The translations under genes were made by a program, and so were the position numbers. DNA of 64,000 bases from an uncultured Acidobacteriota bacterium (lineage in GTDB: Bacteria > Acidobacteriota > Vicinamibacteria > Vicinamibacterales > UBA2999): positions 51,526 to 115,525 of the forward strand of contig CAVYVZ010000008.1 of assembly GCA_963772065.1 (NCBI GenBank), in the 5' to 3' direction. The notes below the pieces were generated by a model, which was given only the letters and a program-made list of their open reading frames with translations, did not search any database and had not been told where the DNA came from. Position 1 is the first letter of the stretch. Each line of letters opens with the position of its first letter. Below are positions 29,573 to 40,562 of this stretch, piece by piece.

Positions 29573-30753
29573 TGAACGAGTCCGTCATCATCTCCGCCGT
29601 CCGCACGCCCACGGGAAAGTTCCTCGGCGCGCTGAAAGGGTTCACGGCGCCCGAGCTCGGCGCAATGGTGGTGCGCGAAGCCGTTCGCCGCGCCGGCATC
29701 GAGGCGCAGTCGGTGGAGGAATGCATCCTGGGCAACGTCGTCTCGGCTGGCCTCGGCCAGGCGCCGGCGCGGCAGGCCGCGCTCCGCGGCGGCCTCTCCG
29801 ATCACGTGGCGGCGCTCACGATCAACAAGGTGTGCGGCTCGGGCCTCAAGGCCGTGATGCTCGCCGCGCAGGGCATCGCCACGGGCGACATCGACATCGC
29901 GGTCGCCGGCGGCATGGAGTCGATGAGCAACTGCCCGTACCTGCTCACGCGCGTCCGCGACGGCTTGCGCATGGGACACGGCGAGGTGATCGACTCGATG
30001 ATCAACGACGGCCTCTGGTGCTCGTTCGAGCAGTGCCACATGGGACACGCCGGTGAGGTGATCAGCACCGAGTACAACATCGCGCGCGCACCGCAGGACG
30101 AGTACGCGTATCACAGCCACCGCAAGGCGGCCGAGGCGACGCGGGCCGGGCATTTCAAAGCGGAGATGCTGCCCATCTCGATCCCACAGAAGAAAGGCGA
30201 TCCGATCGTCATCGATGGCGATGAATCCATTCGCGCCGACACCACCGCTGAGAGCCTTGCCGCGCTGAAGCCGGCCTTCAAGAAGGATGGGACCGTTACC
30301 GCCGGCAACGCTCCGCCGGTCAACGATGGCGCTGCAGCCCTGGTGGTGATGTCGGCCGCGCGCGCGCAACAGCTCGGCGTCAAGCCGATGGCGCGCATCG
30401 TCGGCCAAGCCACGAGCGGTCTCGCGCCGAAGTACGTCCTGATGACACCGGTCGAAGCGGTGCGCCGCCTGTCGAAGAAGATTGGCTGGAAGCTCGAGGA
30501 CGTCGATCTGTTCGAGCTGAACGAAGCATTTTCCGTTCAAGCGCTCGCCGTGCTGAAGGAGCTCGGGATCGATTCCACGAAGGTGAACGTGAACGGCGGC
30601 GCCGTGGCGCTCGGCCACGCGATCGGTTCGAGCGGCGCGCGCATTCTCACCACGCTGCTGTACGCACTGCAGCATCGCAACCTGAAACGCGGGATCGCAA
30701 CACTTTGCCTCGGGGGAGGCAACGGTGTGGCGCTGGCGGTCGAACGAACTTAA
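29572..30753 (+). CDS. acetyl-CoA C-acetyltransferase (thiolase II)
   Basis: 393 aa; [12 protein letters not shown] active-site Cys, [26 protein letters not shown]. Confidence 0.92.
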   Translation: MNESVIISAVRTPTGKFLGALKGFTAPELGAMVVREAVRRAGIEAQSVEECILGNVVSAGLGQAPARQAALRGGLSDHVAALTINKVCGSGLKAVMLAAQGIATGDIDIAVAGGMESMSNCPYLLTRVRDGLRMGHGEVIDSMINDGLWCSFEQCHMGHAGEVISTEYNIARAPQDEYAYHSHRKAAEATRAGHFKAEMLPISIPQKKGDPIVIDGDESIRADTTAESLAALKPAFKKDGTVTAGNAPPVNDGAAALVVMSAARAQQLGVKPMARIVGQATSGLAPKYVLMTPVEAVRRLSKKIGWKLEDVDLFELNEAFSVQALAVLKELGIDSTKVNVNGGAVALGHAIGSSGARILTTLLYALQHRNLKRGIATLCLGGGNGVALAVERT

Positions 30754-30841
30754 CGTTCCAGGTTCCAGGTTCCCCGTTCCAGGTTCGTGTTCTTTGTTCG
30801 GTTCTCGGTTCTCAGTTCTCGGTTCTCGGTTCTTTGTTCGT
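30754..30841. repeat. left arm of four-helix-bundle cassette 1 (GGTTC-rich 7-nt words)
   Basis: Starts immediately after the thiolase TAA. Imperfect reverse complement of 31257-31349 (shared CCAGGTTCC..., GGTTCGTGTTCT...). Confidence 0.8.
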
Positions 30842-31136
30842 CCGTCACGTTGCATCGCCTGAGCGATGTAGCCGCGATCGACGGCGTCCCTCAGGTGCCC
30901 GCAACACTCCTTGAGCGAAGCGCGGGCGTTGACGACCATGCGTCCGAAATCTCTCGGGTAAAAGCGCGCGAATCCTTCCTCGATCTGGCTCACCGCCGAC
31001 GCGGCGGACTCACGCGTTGATCGCGGAGTTTGAAGTCAGCGGCGATGGAACTCGTCCCCACAACCTCGTACACCGCGAGTTTGAAGCGATACGTGAGCTG
31101 CCACGCTCGAAGATCCTCAACACGGCCGGCGGTCAT
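30842..31136 (-). pseudogene. four-helix-bundle protein (Avd / 23S rRNA IVS protein family), decayed copy
   Basis: MTAGRVEDLRAWQLTYRFKLAVYEVV...FKLRDQ | TRESAASAVSQIEEGFARFYPRDFGRMVVNARASLKECCGHLRDAVDRGYI. Frameshift at AA 31017-31018. Helix 4 is missing and the frame stays open through the arm (RTKNREPRTENREP...). Confidence 0.65.
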
Positions 31137-31256
31137 CCGATCCGCAAGTGCACATGGAATGCCGCGACGATCTGGGCCCGAATTCGCCGACAGGATGCCA
31201 AAGTACGCAGATTGCAAGCGCGTCAGCGTCAGTTCGGTACGATCAATTTGCGTCGA

Positions 31257-31349
31257 GACCAGAACCCCGAACCCAGAACCGCGAACCAAGAACCAAGAAC
31301 AGAACGCAGAACACGAACCCGGAACCTGGAACCGGGAACCTGGAACCGG
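31257..31349. repeat. right arm of cassette 1
   Basis: GAACC-rich words, reverse complement of 30754-30841. Ends 10 nt before the convergent sulfatase stop. Confidence 0.8.
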
Positions 31350-31358
31350 AGTGACGCG

Positions 31359-33073
31359 CTAGCGCTTCCTGAGCCGCGCGAGCAGGTCCGACGCGGCGTC
31401 GAACGTCGGGTCGAGTTGCAGCGCGGCCTTCAGGTGCTGCGTGGCCTCGGTCACGTTGCCCAGGGCGCTGAATGCTCTCGCCAGCAGGAACCGCGCGTCG
31501 GGACCCGCGTCTTCGGCTTCGACCAGCGGCTCGAGAATCGCGATGGCCCCGCGTGGATTCTTCGTGACCAGCAGCGCTGACGCGAGCCGTTCGATCAGCG
31601 CGCGATGGCGCAGCCCGCCGGCGCGCGCATTCCCGAGGATGGTCACGGCCTCCTTCGCCCGCCCCTCACCAATCAACAGCGCGCCCATGGCGTCGACCGC
31701 CGCCGCGAAGTCGGGACGCTGATCCACGATCGAGTGCAGCCGGCGGATGGCGGAATCCGGATCGGTCCCCGCCATCCCGAGCGCGGCTTCGTATTCGAGG
31801 TGAAGCGGCAGAAGCCGTTTCGGGTCGTCCTCCACTCGCGACGCGCCAAGGCGCCACGAGGCGGACCCCACGTAGCCGAGAGACCGCAGCCGGGCGCGCG
31901 CCTCCGGCTCGGCGAGCGAGACGGCCGGATCGGCGCGGGCGGCTCTCGTGCGCGCCTTCACCGTCGCGTCACGCATGGCCATCAGGCGCCGCGGTTCGGA
32001 CCCTGCCAGATTGTTGCGCTCGCCCGGATCGGAGCCGAGGTCGTACAGCTCGGGAATCGGGAGATCGATGTACTTCCAGTCCCTCGCGATCACGCCCGTG
32101 AGCGGCGCTCCACCACGCATCAGCGCGGCGTCGAGCGCTTCGAAGTAAATCGGCTGGTCATCGAAGCGCTCGTCAGACACGAGCGTGCGCAACGACGGCC
32201 CGTCGAAGGCGCGCGGTGTGATGCCGAGCAGATCGAGCACGGTCGGGGCGATGCTGACGTGCGCGACGCCTGGCGTCGTGACCGTCCGCCGCGGAACGCC
32301 CGGACCGGCGACAATCAGCGGAACACGAAGCGTGCTCTCGTACGCGAATAGGCCATGCGTCCGCTCGCCATGCTCGCCGAGGCTCTCACCGTGGTCCCCG
32401 GTGACCACGACCAGCGTGCGACCGAGCAGGTCCTTGTGTGCGGGCGATGACAGAAACGCACCGAGCGCCGCATCCGCGGAGGCCACCGCGGCGTTGGTAC
32501 GATTCGTACGGCGGCAGCGGGTCGCGCAGGTGCGCCCATGCAAACCACGGTTCGCGTTCCCGCGCGATCCACGCCGACGCGGCGGCAAGGACGCGCGCGG
32601 CGGGCCTGGCGCCGCGTCGGAGCGCCGCCGCTGCCGATGCGCCGGGCCTGTCCTGCGTGACGTCGTAGCGGTCGTCGTAACTCGTGGAAGCCCTGCGAGA
32701 GGCCGAAGCGCGCGTCGAGCGCGGATGCGCCTACGAAGGCGCCGGTTCGATACCCCGCCTCGGAGAGCAGTTCGGCGATCGTGACCACCGTGTCGTCGAG
32801 CCGGAAGCCGTTGTTGCGAACGCCGTGGGCCGGCGGCACCAGGCCCGTGAGGATCGACGCGTGCGACGGCAGCGTGAGCGGTGTGTGCGCGTATGCGCGC
32901 TCGAACCGCGTGCCGCGTGCGGCTAGCGTGGTCAGCGCGGGCGTCAGCTTCTCGGAAACGCGATCCGCCCTGAGCGCGTCGATGGTGACAAGGAGAACAT
33001 TCGGCCGAGCGGAATCCTGCGCCGCAACGACCGCGACGAGCGCAAAAGGAAGGACACAGCTCAGCCTGCCCAC
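31359..33073 (-). CDS. sulfatase-family protein with C-terminal TPR domain; two apparent frameshifts
   Basis: LLVTIDALRADR, TPLTLPSHASILTG; middle frame YDDRYDV...PWFAWAHLRDPLPPYE; then VVVTGDHGESLGEHGE and TPR-like tail. Shifts near 32679-32680 (TT) and 32496-32497 (CC on the coding strand). Confidence 0.8.
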
Positions 33074-33119
33074 GCGCGCAGTTTACCAGCCCGCAGATCG
33101 GAGAGCGACGAGCAACGAG

Positions 33120-34658
33120 CTACGAACGACGATCGGCCGACGCGGCGCGGGCGGGGATCGGCTTCACCTCGAGATCCGACACCGCCGGCCCGTTGATCAC
33201 CCGTCCCTCGGGCGAGAATCGCGAGCCGTGGCATGGACAGTCCCACGACTGCTCCGCGCGGTTCCACGCCACGTCGCAGCCGAGGTGCGTGCACACGGGC
33301 GAGACGGCGTGCAACGTTCCCTCTCGATCGCGGCACACCGCAGCCTTGCCGCCCGGTCCCGCGAGAATGCCTCCCTCGCCCGGACGCAGATCCTCGGGCG
33401 ACGTCACGTCGGCATTCGTGTTCGTGAGACGGTCCTTCACGAGGTGTGCGGGGAATGCCAGGTTCTCGGCGACGTAGTCGTAGGCGGACGCAATTGGCTT
33501 CACGCGGGTGGCGTCGAACAGCTCCGAATACGGGTTCTTCCGTCCCGAGACGTGGTCGGTGAACATCATGCCGGCCAGCGTCCCGTAGGTCATACCGTTG
33601 CCCGCAAACCCCGTGGCGACGAACACGTGACTGGAACCGCTGTTCGGGCCGATGAATGGCAGACCGTCCACGGACTCGATGATCTGTCCGGACCAGTGAT
33701 ACTTCACGGGCCCGCCCTCGAACCGGACGCGAGCGAACTCGAGCAGGTTGTCGTAGTGCACCTCCGTCTGCGTTTCCTCGCCGGTCCGGTGATCCTCGCC
33801 GCCGATGATGAGATATGTCCTGCCCTCGACGTCGTGCGTGCGCGTGTAGTGATACGGATCCACGGTGTCCCAGAACAGTCCTCGGACGTAGTCCGGCTCC
33901 ACTTCAATCGCGAGCGCATAGCTCCGATAGGCGGCGATCTTGGTGTGCAGCAACACGCGATTGTTGACCGGGACGTTGGTCGCCACGAGCACGTGCCGCG
34001 CGGTGATCCGACGCGCATCCGTCTCGACGCGGCACGGCTCCCCCTCGTGAACGCCGGTCACCTTCGTCTGCTCGAAGATCTCGACACCACGGCGTGAGGC
34101 CTCCTTCGCGAGGCCTGCGAGATAGGCGGTCGCATGCACCTGCCCCTGACCGTCCCACCTGACGCCGCCCTTCGTGGCAAACGGCAGCGGCACCGCATCG
34201 ACCCATTCGACCGCACAGCCAGCACGGCGGGCGGCATCGAGCTCGTCGGCGAGCGTGGCCAGATGAGCCGCGTCCTCGGTGTAGAGGTATCCGGGCGTGC
34301 GCTCGAAGCGAGCACCCAGCGTCGATGCCGCAAGGCTCTCGATCTGATCGATGGCATCGCGCTTCGATGCGCTCACGAGGCGCGCACCTTCGAGGCCGAA
34401 GTCCTTGATCACCGTCTGATAGCGCGCATCGATCGCTTCGGTGAGATGGCTCGTGGTATGGCCTGACTCGCCGCTGCCGATCCGGTCGTGCTCGAGGACG
34501 GCGACGCGAAGACCTCGACCGCTGAGCAGCACGGCCGCGGTGAGACCGGTCACACCGCCGCCGACGATGGCGACGTCGAGATCGAGATCCCGGGAGAGCG
34601 CGGAAAACGCGGGCGTCTGAGCTGTGGCGCGCCAAAGCGATTCGGTATCAGGAATCAT
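33120..34658 (-). CDS. FAD-dependent oxidoreductase fused to a Rieske [2Fe-2S] domain
   Basis: DVAIVGGGVTGLTAA dinucleotide fold; C-terminal CTHLGC...CPCHGSRF Rieske motif. ATG 34658 preferred. Confidence 0.85.
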   Translation of the reverse strand: MIPDTESLWRATAQTPAFSALSRDLDLDVAIVGGGVTGLTAAVLLSGRGLRVAVLEHDRIGSGESGHTTSHLTEAIDARYQTVIKDFGLEGARLVSASKRDAIDQIESLAASTLGARFERTPGYLYTEDAAHLATLADELDAARRAGCAVEWVDAVPLPFATKGGVRWDGQGQVHATAYLAGLAKEASRRGVEIFEQTKVTGVHEGEPCRVETDARRITARHVLVATNVPVNNRVLLHTKIAAYRSYALAIEVEPDYVRGLFWDTVDPYHYTRTHDVEGRTYLIIGGEDHRTGEETQTEVHYDNLLEFARVRFEGGPVKYHWSGQIIESVDGLPFIGPNSGSSHVFVATGFAGNGMTYGTLAGMMFTDHVSGRKNPYSELFDATRVKPIASAYDYVAENLAFPAHLVKDRLTNTNADVTSPEDLRPGEGGILAGPGGKAAVCRDREGTLHAVSPVCTHLGCDVAWNRAEQSWDCPCHGSRFSPEGRVINGPAVSDLEVKPIPARAASADRRS

Positions 34659-34802
34659 GAAAAACGGCGTTGCGAAAACTGCGCCCATTTCACGCGGAGC
34701 CCGTAGCAAGACCTCCTACGGAGGAGATGAGGCGAAAGTCGGTCGTGTCTGTAAGTTGTTGACTTGATTAGGTCGATCCGCCGAGACTGCACGGATTTTC
34801 GC

Positions 34803-34831
34803 TTGACTTTCGCGCGGCACGACCCTAGGAT
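34803..34831 (+). promoter_or_regulatory. putative sigma-70 promoter of recA (TTGACT-N17-TAGGAT)
   Basis: -35 at 34803-34808, -10 at 34826-34831; followed by a 7-bp hairpin CCGTGAC/GTCACGG (34841-34861) and RBS AAGGAG. No recognizable LexA box found. Confidence 0.4.
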
Positions 34832-34900
34832 CAACCCCGGCCGTGACCTCCTCTGTCACGGCCTCCCGAGACGATGGTGCAGGTCAATTAAGGAGAACGC

Positions 34901-35932
34901 ATGCCGCTCGAAGATCTGAAGGAACGCAGCAAGGCCATCGACCTCGCGGTCGGACAAATCGAGAAACAGTTTGGCAAGGGCTCGATCATGCGCCTCGGCC
35001 AGAAGGGCGCCATCGCGCCGATCGAGGCAATTTCCACGGGCTCAATCAGCATCGACTACGCGCTCGGCGTCGGCGGCGTGCCCCGCGGCCGCGTCATCGA
35101 GATCTTCGGTCCCGAGTCGTCTGGCAAGACCACGCTTGCCTTGCAGGTCATCGCTGAAGCGCAGAAAACTGGCGGGATGGCGGCGTTCGTGGACGCCGAG
35201 CACGCGCTCGACGCGCAGTACGCGCAGAAGCTGGGGGTCGACCTCGAAAACCTTCTCGTCTCGCAGCCGGATCACGGCGAGCAGGCGCTCGAGATCGTCG
35301 AGGTCCTCATCCGCTCCAACGGCGTCGACGTCGTCGTCGTCGACTCGGTGGCGGCGCTCGTGCCGAAGGCGGAGATCGAAGGCGAGATGGGCGATGCGCA
35401 GATGGGCCTGCAGGCGCGCCTCATGTCGCAGGCACTGCGGAAGCTCACGGGCGTCGTCTCGAAGTCGAAGACCACGCTGATCTTCATCAACCAGCTCCGC
35501 GAGAAGATCGGCGTGATGTTCGGCAACCCGGAAACGACCACCGGCGGCCGCGCGCTGAAGTTCTATGCCTCGGTGCGCGTCGATATTCGACGCATCGCGA
35601 GCATCAAGGACGGCGATCAGGTGATCGGCGGCCGCACGCGCGTGAAGATCGTCAAGAACAAGGTGGCGCCGCCGTTCCGCGAAGCCGAGTTCGACGTGAT
35701 GTACGGCGAGGGGATCTCCCGCGAGGGCGATCTGCTCGACCTCGCCGTCGAGAAGCGGATCATCGAGAAGAGCGGCGCCTGGTTTGCCTATGGCGGCGAG
35801 CGTCTCGGCCAGGGACGCGAGAACGTGAAGCAGTTCCTCAAGGACAACCCCGCGATGTTCCGCGCGATCGAGGATCGCGTGCGCCGCGAGCTGGGGTTGA
35901 TCAGGGAATCCGCAGAAGCAATCGCCGTGTAA
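34901..35932 (+). CDS. recA: recombinase RecA
   Basis: 343 aa; [12 protein letters not shown] Walker A, full-length RecA similarity. Confidence 0.97.
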   Translation: MPLEDLKERSKAIDLAVGQIEKQFGKGSIMRLGQKGAIAPIEAISTGSISIDYALGVGGVPRGRVIEIFGPESSGKTTLALQVIAEAQKTGGMAAFVDAEHALDAQYAQKLGVDLENLLVSQPDHGEQALEIVEVLIRSNGVDVVVVDSVAALVPKAEIEGEMGDAQMGLQARLMSQALRKLTGVVSKSKTTLIFINQLREKIGVMFGNPETTTGGRALKFYASVRVDIRRIASIKDGDQVIGGRTRVKIVKNKVAPPFREAEFDVMYGEGISREGDLLDLAVEKRIIEKSGAWFAYGGERLGQGRENVKQFLKDNPAMFRAIEDRVRRELGLIRESAEAIAV

Positions 35933-35953
35933 GCGACAGTTCGTCGACCGTGT

Positions 35954-35977
35954 GGGCGCCCCGTAAAAGGGGCGCCC
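35954..35977. terminator. bidirectional stem-loop between convergent recA and the beta-helix gene
   Basis: GGGCGCCCC-GTAAAA-GGGGCGCCC, perfect 9-bp GC stem. Confidence 0.55.
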
Positions 35978-35985
35978 TACACCGT

Positions 35986-38758
35986 CTATTTCACCATGGC
36001 GGTCGTGGCGGCCGTCGACGTCTGGCCTACTGAATCCGTCACCCAGATCCGTACTGGATACGCACCGCGCCGCCGCCAGGCGTGAACCGCGGTAATGCCT
36101 GTGTCCGCGCCCACGGATGTCGGCACGATCGTGGTGTCCGACTTGAGCGAGCCTGGCGACTTGCCGGAATACACGTTCGAGCTGATCACAATCTGATCGA
36201 ACATCACGCCGTCTTCGCGCTGTTGGATTCTCAGTTTCTGCGGGCCGGCGGTCTGGAAGTATATCGGCGTGCCGACCGAGCACCAGCCGCCGTCGCTCCA
36301 GCCCCAGCCGGCAAGGCCGGCGTGGTCGCAGGCCTCCAGGATCATGTGCATGCTTCCCGTTGTGCCGATTCGATGGATCGCCGCTCCGCTGGCCGTCACG
36401 GCGCGATCGAACTGGAGGTGCAGCGAATCGCCCGTCCATAGGTCCCGTTCGGCCTTGAGGCGTACCCATATCCAGTACGGAACGCCCGCGCCAGCTTCGA
36501 AGGTCACCTCCACATAGCTCGAGGGAGCGGCGAGTGCCGTTACGCGCTTCGGCTCCGCCAGTCCCGGATTCTGGATCGCGACACCGCCCGCGGCGCCGCT
36601 CGCGTTCACGCGGCGCCACCTCGTTCCGTGAATGTTCGCGGCCGGGATGTCCGACGCGCGCAGGACGATGTCTTCTCCAAAATGCCAGTCGTACCGGACG
36701 AGCGGCGCCTCCGCGTCGGTCGACGCGCCACCATTCACGGTGGTCGCGGTCGCGGCCATTGTGGAATACGGGCCGCCCGCATTCGCCACTGGTGGCTGGT
36801 TCACCGACGGTTGGGGTGCGGGGGCAGGCGCCGGCGGCGGCGGAGGGGTGCTGCCTCCGGAGGCGGTCGACCACGTGCTCGACTTCTGGGCAGTCAGCAG
36901 CGTGCCGAGGTTGGCCCCGACATCCGTGCCATCCGTCGCCCTGTTGTTGTAGGTGCTCACCGACGCAAGGCGCCAATCGCCCGTTGACGGGCTGACGAAC
37001 TGGGAAAGAAAGTCGGCCGCCGGCGGAAAGTAATTGCCGCTCGGGTACCACGACGCGGTGCCGCCTGCGAGCACATTCCCCTTGACGACCGCGCCTGGAA
37101 AGTACTTGGCCAGCGTCTGGTTTCCGCTGGCGGTGCCCTGACCCTTTATCCCGTAGGTGTTGTGCCTCGCGATATTGTTCGTGAACACGAATCCCGTTGC
37201 GCCCCCCGACATCGCCTCGACCACCGTGCCCTCGTTGTCGATCGTGTTGTGATCGACCACGACGCCCGCGGGGGTTTCGCTGATCTCCAGGAAGCGTCCC
37301 GTGTTGCCGAACACGTTGTCCAGGTCCTCGAAGAGATTGTTGCGGATGGTGATGTTGCGCGCCTGCTGGCTCGTGTATCCCGTCCGGTCGTCGCGTCCCA
37401 GGACGTAGATCCCCGCTGCAACATGCCGGACAGTGTTGTTGGTGAACGTCACATCGCGCACCACCGACCAGGGTGCTTTCCCCGATTGATTGCGCACCGT
37501 GAAGAGGATGGCCTGGCCCTGTTGGCCGGCCAGCCAGTTGTATTCCATCACGTTGCCGTCGATCGTCACCCGCTGCGCGTTTTTCAGCTCCAGCAGGTTC
37601 TTCACCGCCCACTTGTGGCCCGTGGTCCGCGGCGTTGCGGAGCCCTCGTTTGCGCCTTTGTAGGTGAAGTTCGTCTGCGTGCCGCTCGTGTCGAGATACA
37701 CCTTCTGCGCGTTGGACGACGTTCCACGATAAATCCGGTACTTGTCGGCCCCCGGGACCGAGGACCACGACAGCGTGACCGAACGGCCCGCCGACACCGT
37801 GGCCTTCGTTTCGATTGAGCCGGCTGAATAGACGTATGCACCGCCCGTGGCCATCACGGCCGCGACCTTGAAGTAGTGCGTCCCGGCGGCGAGACTCCCT
37901 GTCGTGCTCGACGCGGCGGCGGCCGGCATCGCAGGCGCCGCCAGCGCAGGACTGCGCCATTTCAGATCCTTCGCCATGTAGTTCGCGCGGATCTGAATGT
38001 CGCTCGGAACGAGATTGAGGATCTTCGGATCGTCTCCGCCGAACTGAATGTTCTCGCCGGCGGCTTCGAGATGATTGTTGATGATCCGGAAGGGCCCCGG
38101 GCCGTTGGTGCTGCTGATCGCCTGGGAGTCGGCCAGACTCCAGAAATTCTCGAAGTAGCTGTTCAGAATGTCGGTCGACGCGCTGTTCAGATAAATCCCC
38201 CGCTTCATCCCTTTGACAGCGTGACCATGGAGCCACACCCTGTCGATGACCAGCGAGTGCGGTACCTGCGACAGCGACGTCTGACCAGTGCCCACGCCGA
38301 GCTCCACGAGCGTTTCGTAGCCGACGTTGGCGGTTCCATCGATCTCGACGAACTGGATGCGGTAGTGATGCGCACCGGCCGACGCTCTGAAGATCGCCGT
38401 CGACTTCGACGTTCCGCCGGCGCCCAGGAGCCGCGCCAGCGCGCTTCTCCGCGTGTTCCATCCGGGCTTCCCTTCGGGAATGAGCCGGACGCCTGCCGCC
38501 GGGAAGTTCGAGTCGGCCGCATCGGACCGGATCGTGATGAACTGCGTCGAGGAGGTGTTCTTGTTGCGCAGGACATAGTTGCCGACGAACGTCTGCCCCG
38601 CGCGCAGCAGAATCGTGTCGCCCGGCACCGCCGCATCGATGGCCGCCTGCACGTTCGAGTACCTGACAACCACTCGAGCAGACTGTGCGATTGGCCGCCT
38701 CGGCGGCTCCGGCGAGCATCAAGGCAGCAGAAGCGAACACACCGACGGCGAAGCGCAT
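35986..38758 (-). CDS. secreted right-handed parallel beta-helix protein with Pro-rich linker and C-terminal beta-sandwich domains; apparent frameshift after the signal peptide
   Basis: MRFAVGVFASAALMLAGAAEA signal (ATG 38758, RBS GGAGA) in one frame, RYSNVQAAIDAAVPGDTILL... in the next (shift near 38664-38671). Repeated NN/beta-helix turns, PPPPPAPAPAP linker. Confidence 0.7.
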
Positions 38759-38921
38759 CAACGTCTCCGATTGAATGGTTGGGTTCTTGAACGGCCGGCT
38801 ACAGGCAAGGAACCGGCCACACGGCAGGGTCGCCCTGTATTGAAGAATAACGCTGCTTGCCGGACGCCGGCCGATCGCACCGTCCGCCAACGCAACTGAG
38901 CAAAAAACCTTACTTACACGC

Positions 38922-40562
38922 TCACGGTTCGGGAAGGCGCCGAAGGAGGGCGAAGACGGGCCGGAGGCGCGCGCAATCGGCACCTTTTCCGGGCATCCAT
39001 TCTTCGCAGGCGGTGCCGGCCAGCTTCTCGATCATCCGTTCGCGCGAGGCGCTCACGTTTGGAGCGCCGCCGTCTTTGTGCTTGTTGTAGTTCCCAAGGT
39101 GCGGGGGCGGCGCGTCGCCGATCACGTTCCCCGAGATCTGCAGGTCGGCGCCGACAAAAGCCTCGATACCGGCGCCGAAATGCGCGCCGTCGGGTGCGGT
39201 GATTCCGTATTTGCCGTTGCTGGTGATGACGTTGTCCACCAGCCTCAGGCCCTCCATGGCGCCGCCGGGCCCCAGCGTGTCCTTGTCCGACCACGCGCGA
39301 CCGTAGGATCCGACGAGCCATGCGGGGCTCGCGTTGATGAACGTCGATCGCTCGATGCGGATATCGTGTCGCCCCAGCACGTTCGAGATGTGAATCGGCC
39401 GGCCGGGTCCCGAGATCTGGATATACGCGTTTCGAAGCGTCACGCCGCGCAGCTTCCCGTCGCTGTGCGTGCCGCGCTGCCACGCATAGCCTTGCAAGGA
39501 GACGCCGCCGCCGGCATTCAGCATCACGAGGTCCTCGACCAGGACGTTCTCGAGGTTTCCACACTCGCGGCAGAGGCCGTTGGTGGCGTAGGTGATGAGC
39601 ACACCCATCCCATCCTGCGCCGCGCGCCAGTTGTTGACCGCAAGCACGCGCCGGGCGGTGATGTTCCTGCCATGCTTGAACTCGAGCAGGTTCTTGACCT
39701 GCCGGTTGCGGCCGTCTTCCTTCCAGCGAAGCGGCTTGTGCAGGATGACGTCCTCGATCACCCAGTCCTCCGGCGCCATCTCGGGCGATGCGATCGGAGC
39801 GCCCCCGATCATCAGGCTCTCCGCCCCCGCGGCGAGGTAGGAATGCCGGACCGTCACGCGCTTGCCGCCGTTCCAGGCGCCGATGCACTGCGCGTCCTGC
39901 CCCGGCGTGAAGACCTCCTCGCACCACACTTGCGCGATGTCGATGTCCTGGCCGTTGGCTGCGATCCCGCGCTTTTGCCCGAACGTCCGATCGCCCTGGA
40001 TCAGCACCTGGCGGATTGAGATGCTCCGTGCCATGTTCGCGGCGCTCGCCTCGCGCCCGGTGCCGATCCGGATCACATCGCCCTGCCCCATCGGCGGGTT
40101 GGCCTCGAAGGACAGGCCAACGAGGGTGACGTACCCACCGCTGTCGCCGTTCCGGATGTCGACCGCGGCGGTTCCGCGCGCCGACCCGCGCAGCACGGCC
40201 ATGCGCGGCTTGTCATCCGGCGTGACCAGGCCATCCCACGAAGGGCCCTTGTCTTTCCAGCCCCGCGTGGTGATGGTGAGGCGCTTGTCGGCCGCCGCGC
40301 CGATCTTCGGCTTGATGACGATGGTGCCGTCGTAGACCTTGGCCGGGTCGAGCGTCAGCGTGGTGCCAGCGGGAGCGGTATCGATCGCTTCCTGGAGGGC
40401 CTGGGCGCAGGCCTGTCCGCTCTCCGCGCACGGCACGTGGACCTCTGCGTGTGCTGCGCCGTCTCCCCACGTGGAGAGGATCAGCAGCGCGGCGATCACA
40501 ACACCGGCGGGCACGGCTTGCGGAGCTCGAACACGGTCACGGTCGCGTACGTCCTGAGCCAC
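38922..40562 (-). CDS. secreted parallel beta-helix protein (second paralogous-type gene)
   Basis: Signal-like ...VVIAALLILSTWGDGAAHA; beta-helix repeats. Start uncertain (GTG 40562, 40511 or 40499). Confidence 0.6.
   Translation of the reverse strand: MAQDVRDRDRVRAPQAVPAGVVIAALLILSTWGDGAAHAEVHVPCAESGQACAQALQEAIDTAPAGTTLTLDPAKVYDGTIVIKPKIGAAADKRLTITTRGWKDKGPSWDGLVTPDDKPRMAVLRGSARGTAAVDIRNGDSGGYVTLVGLSFEANPPMGQGDVIRIGTGREASAANMARSISIRQVLIQGDRTFGQKRGIAANGQDIDIAQVWCEEVFTPGQDAQCIGAWNGGKRVTVRHSYLAAGAESLMIGGAPIASPEMAPEDWVIEDVILHKPLRWKEDGRNRQVKNLLEFKHGRNITARRVLAVNNWRAAQDGMGVLITYATNGLCRECGNLENVLVEDLVMLNAGGGVSLQGYAWQRGTHSDGKLRGVTLRNAYIQISGPGRPIHISNVLGRHDIRIERSTFINASPAWLVGSYGRAWSDKDTLGPGGAMEGLRLVDNVITSNGKYGITAPDGAHFGAGIEAFVGADLQISGNVIGDAPPPHLGNYNKHKDGGAPNVSASRERMIEKLAGTACEEWMPGKGADCARLRPVFALLRRLPEP

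Noticed and set aside
29539-30993. 484-aa ORF antisense to the thiolase gene
   Set aside because: Only its first 50 or so codons (SQIEEGFARFYPRDFG...DRGYI) are real, being the downstream half of the decayed four-helix-bundle gene. The rest is read-through of the arm and antisense thiolase.
35042-38983. 1313-aa minus-strand ORF, plus similar long ORFs at 803-1987, 4627-5814, 16911-18623, 19380-20279 (upstream part), 20997-22910 (upstream part), 50499-52127, 56809-58158 and 58945-60048
   Set aside because: They are Arg/Ala/Gly/Pro-rich, have no motifs, and lie antisense or out of frame to genes with clear family signatures. These are typical stop-poor alternative frames of high-GC DNA.
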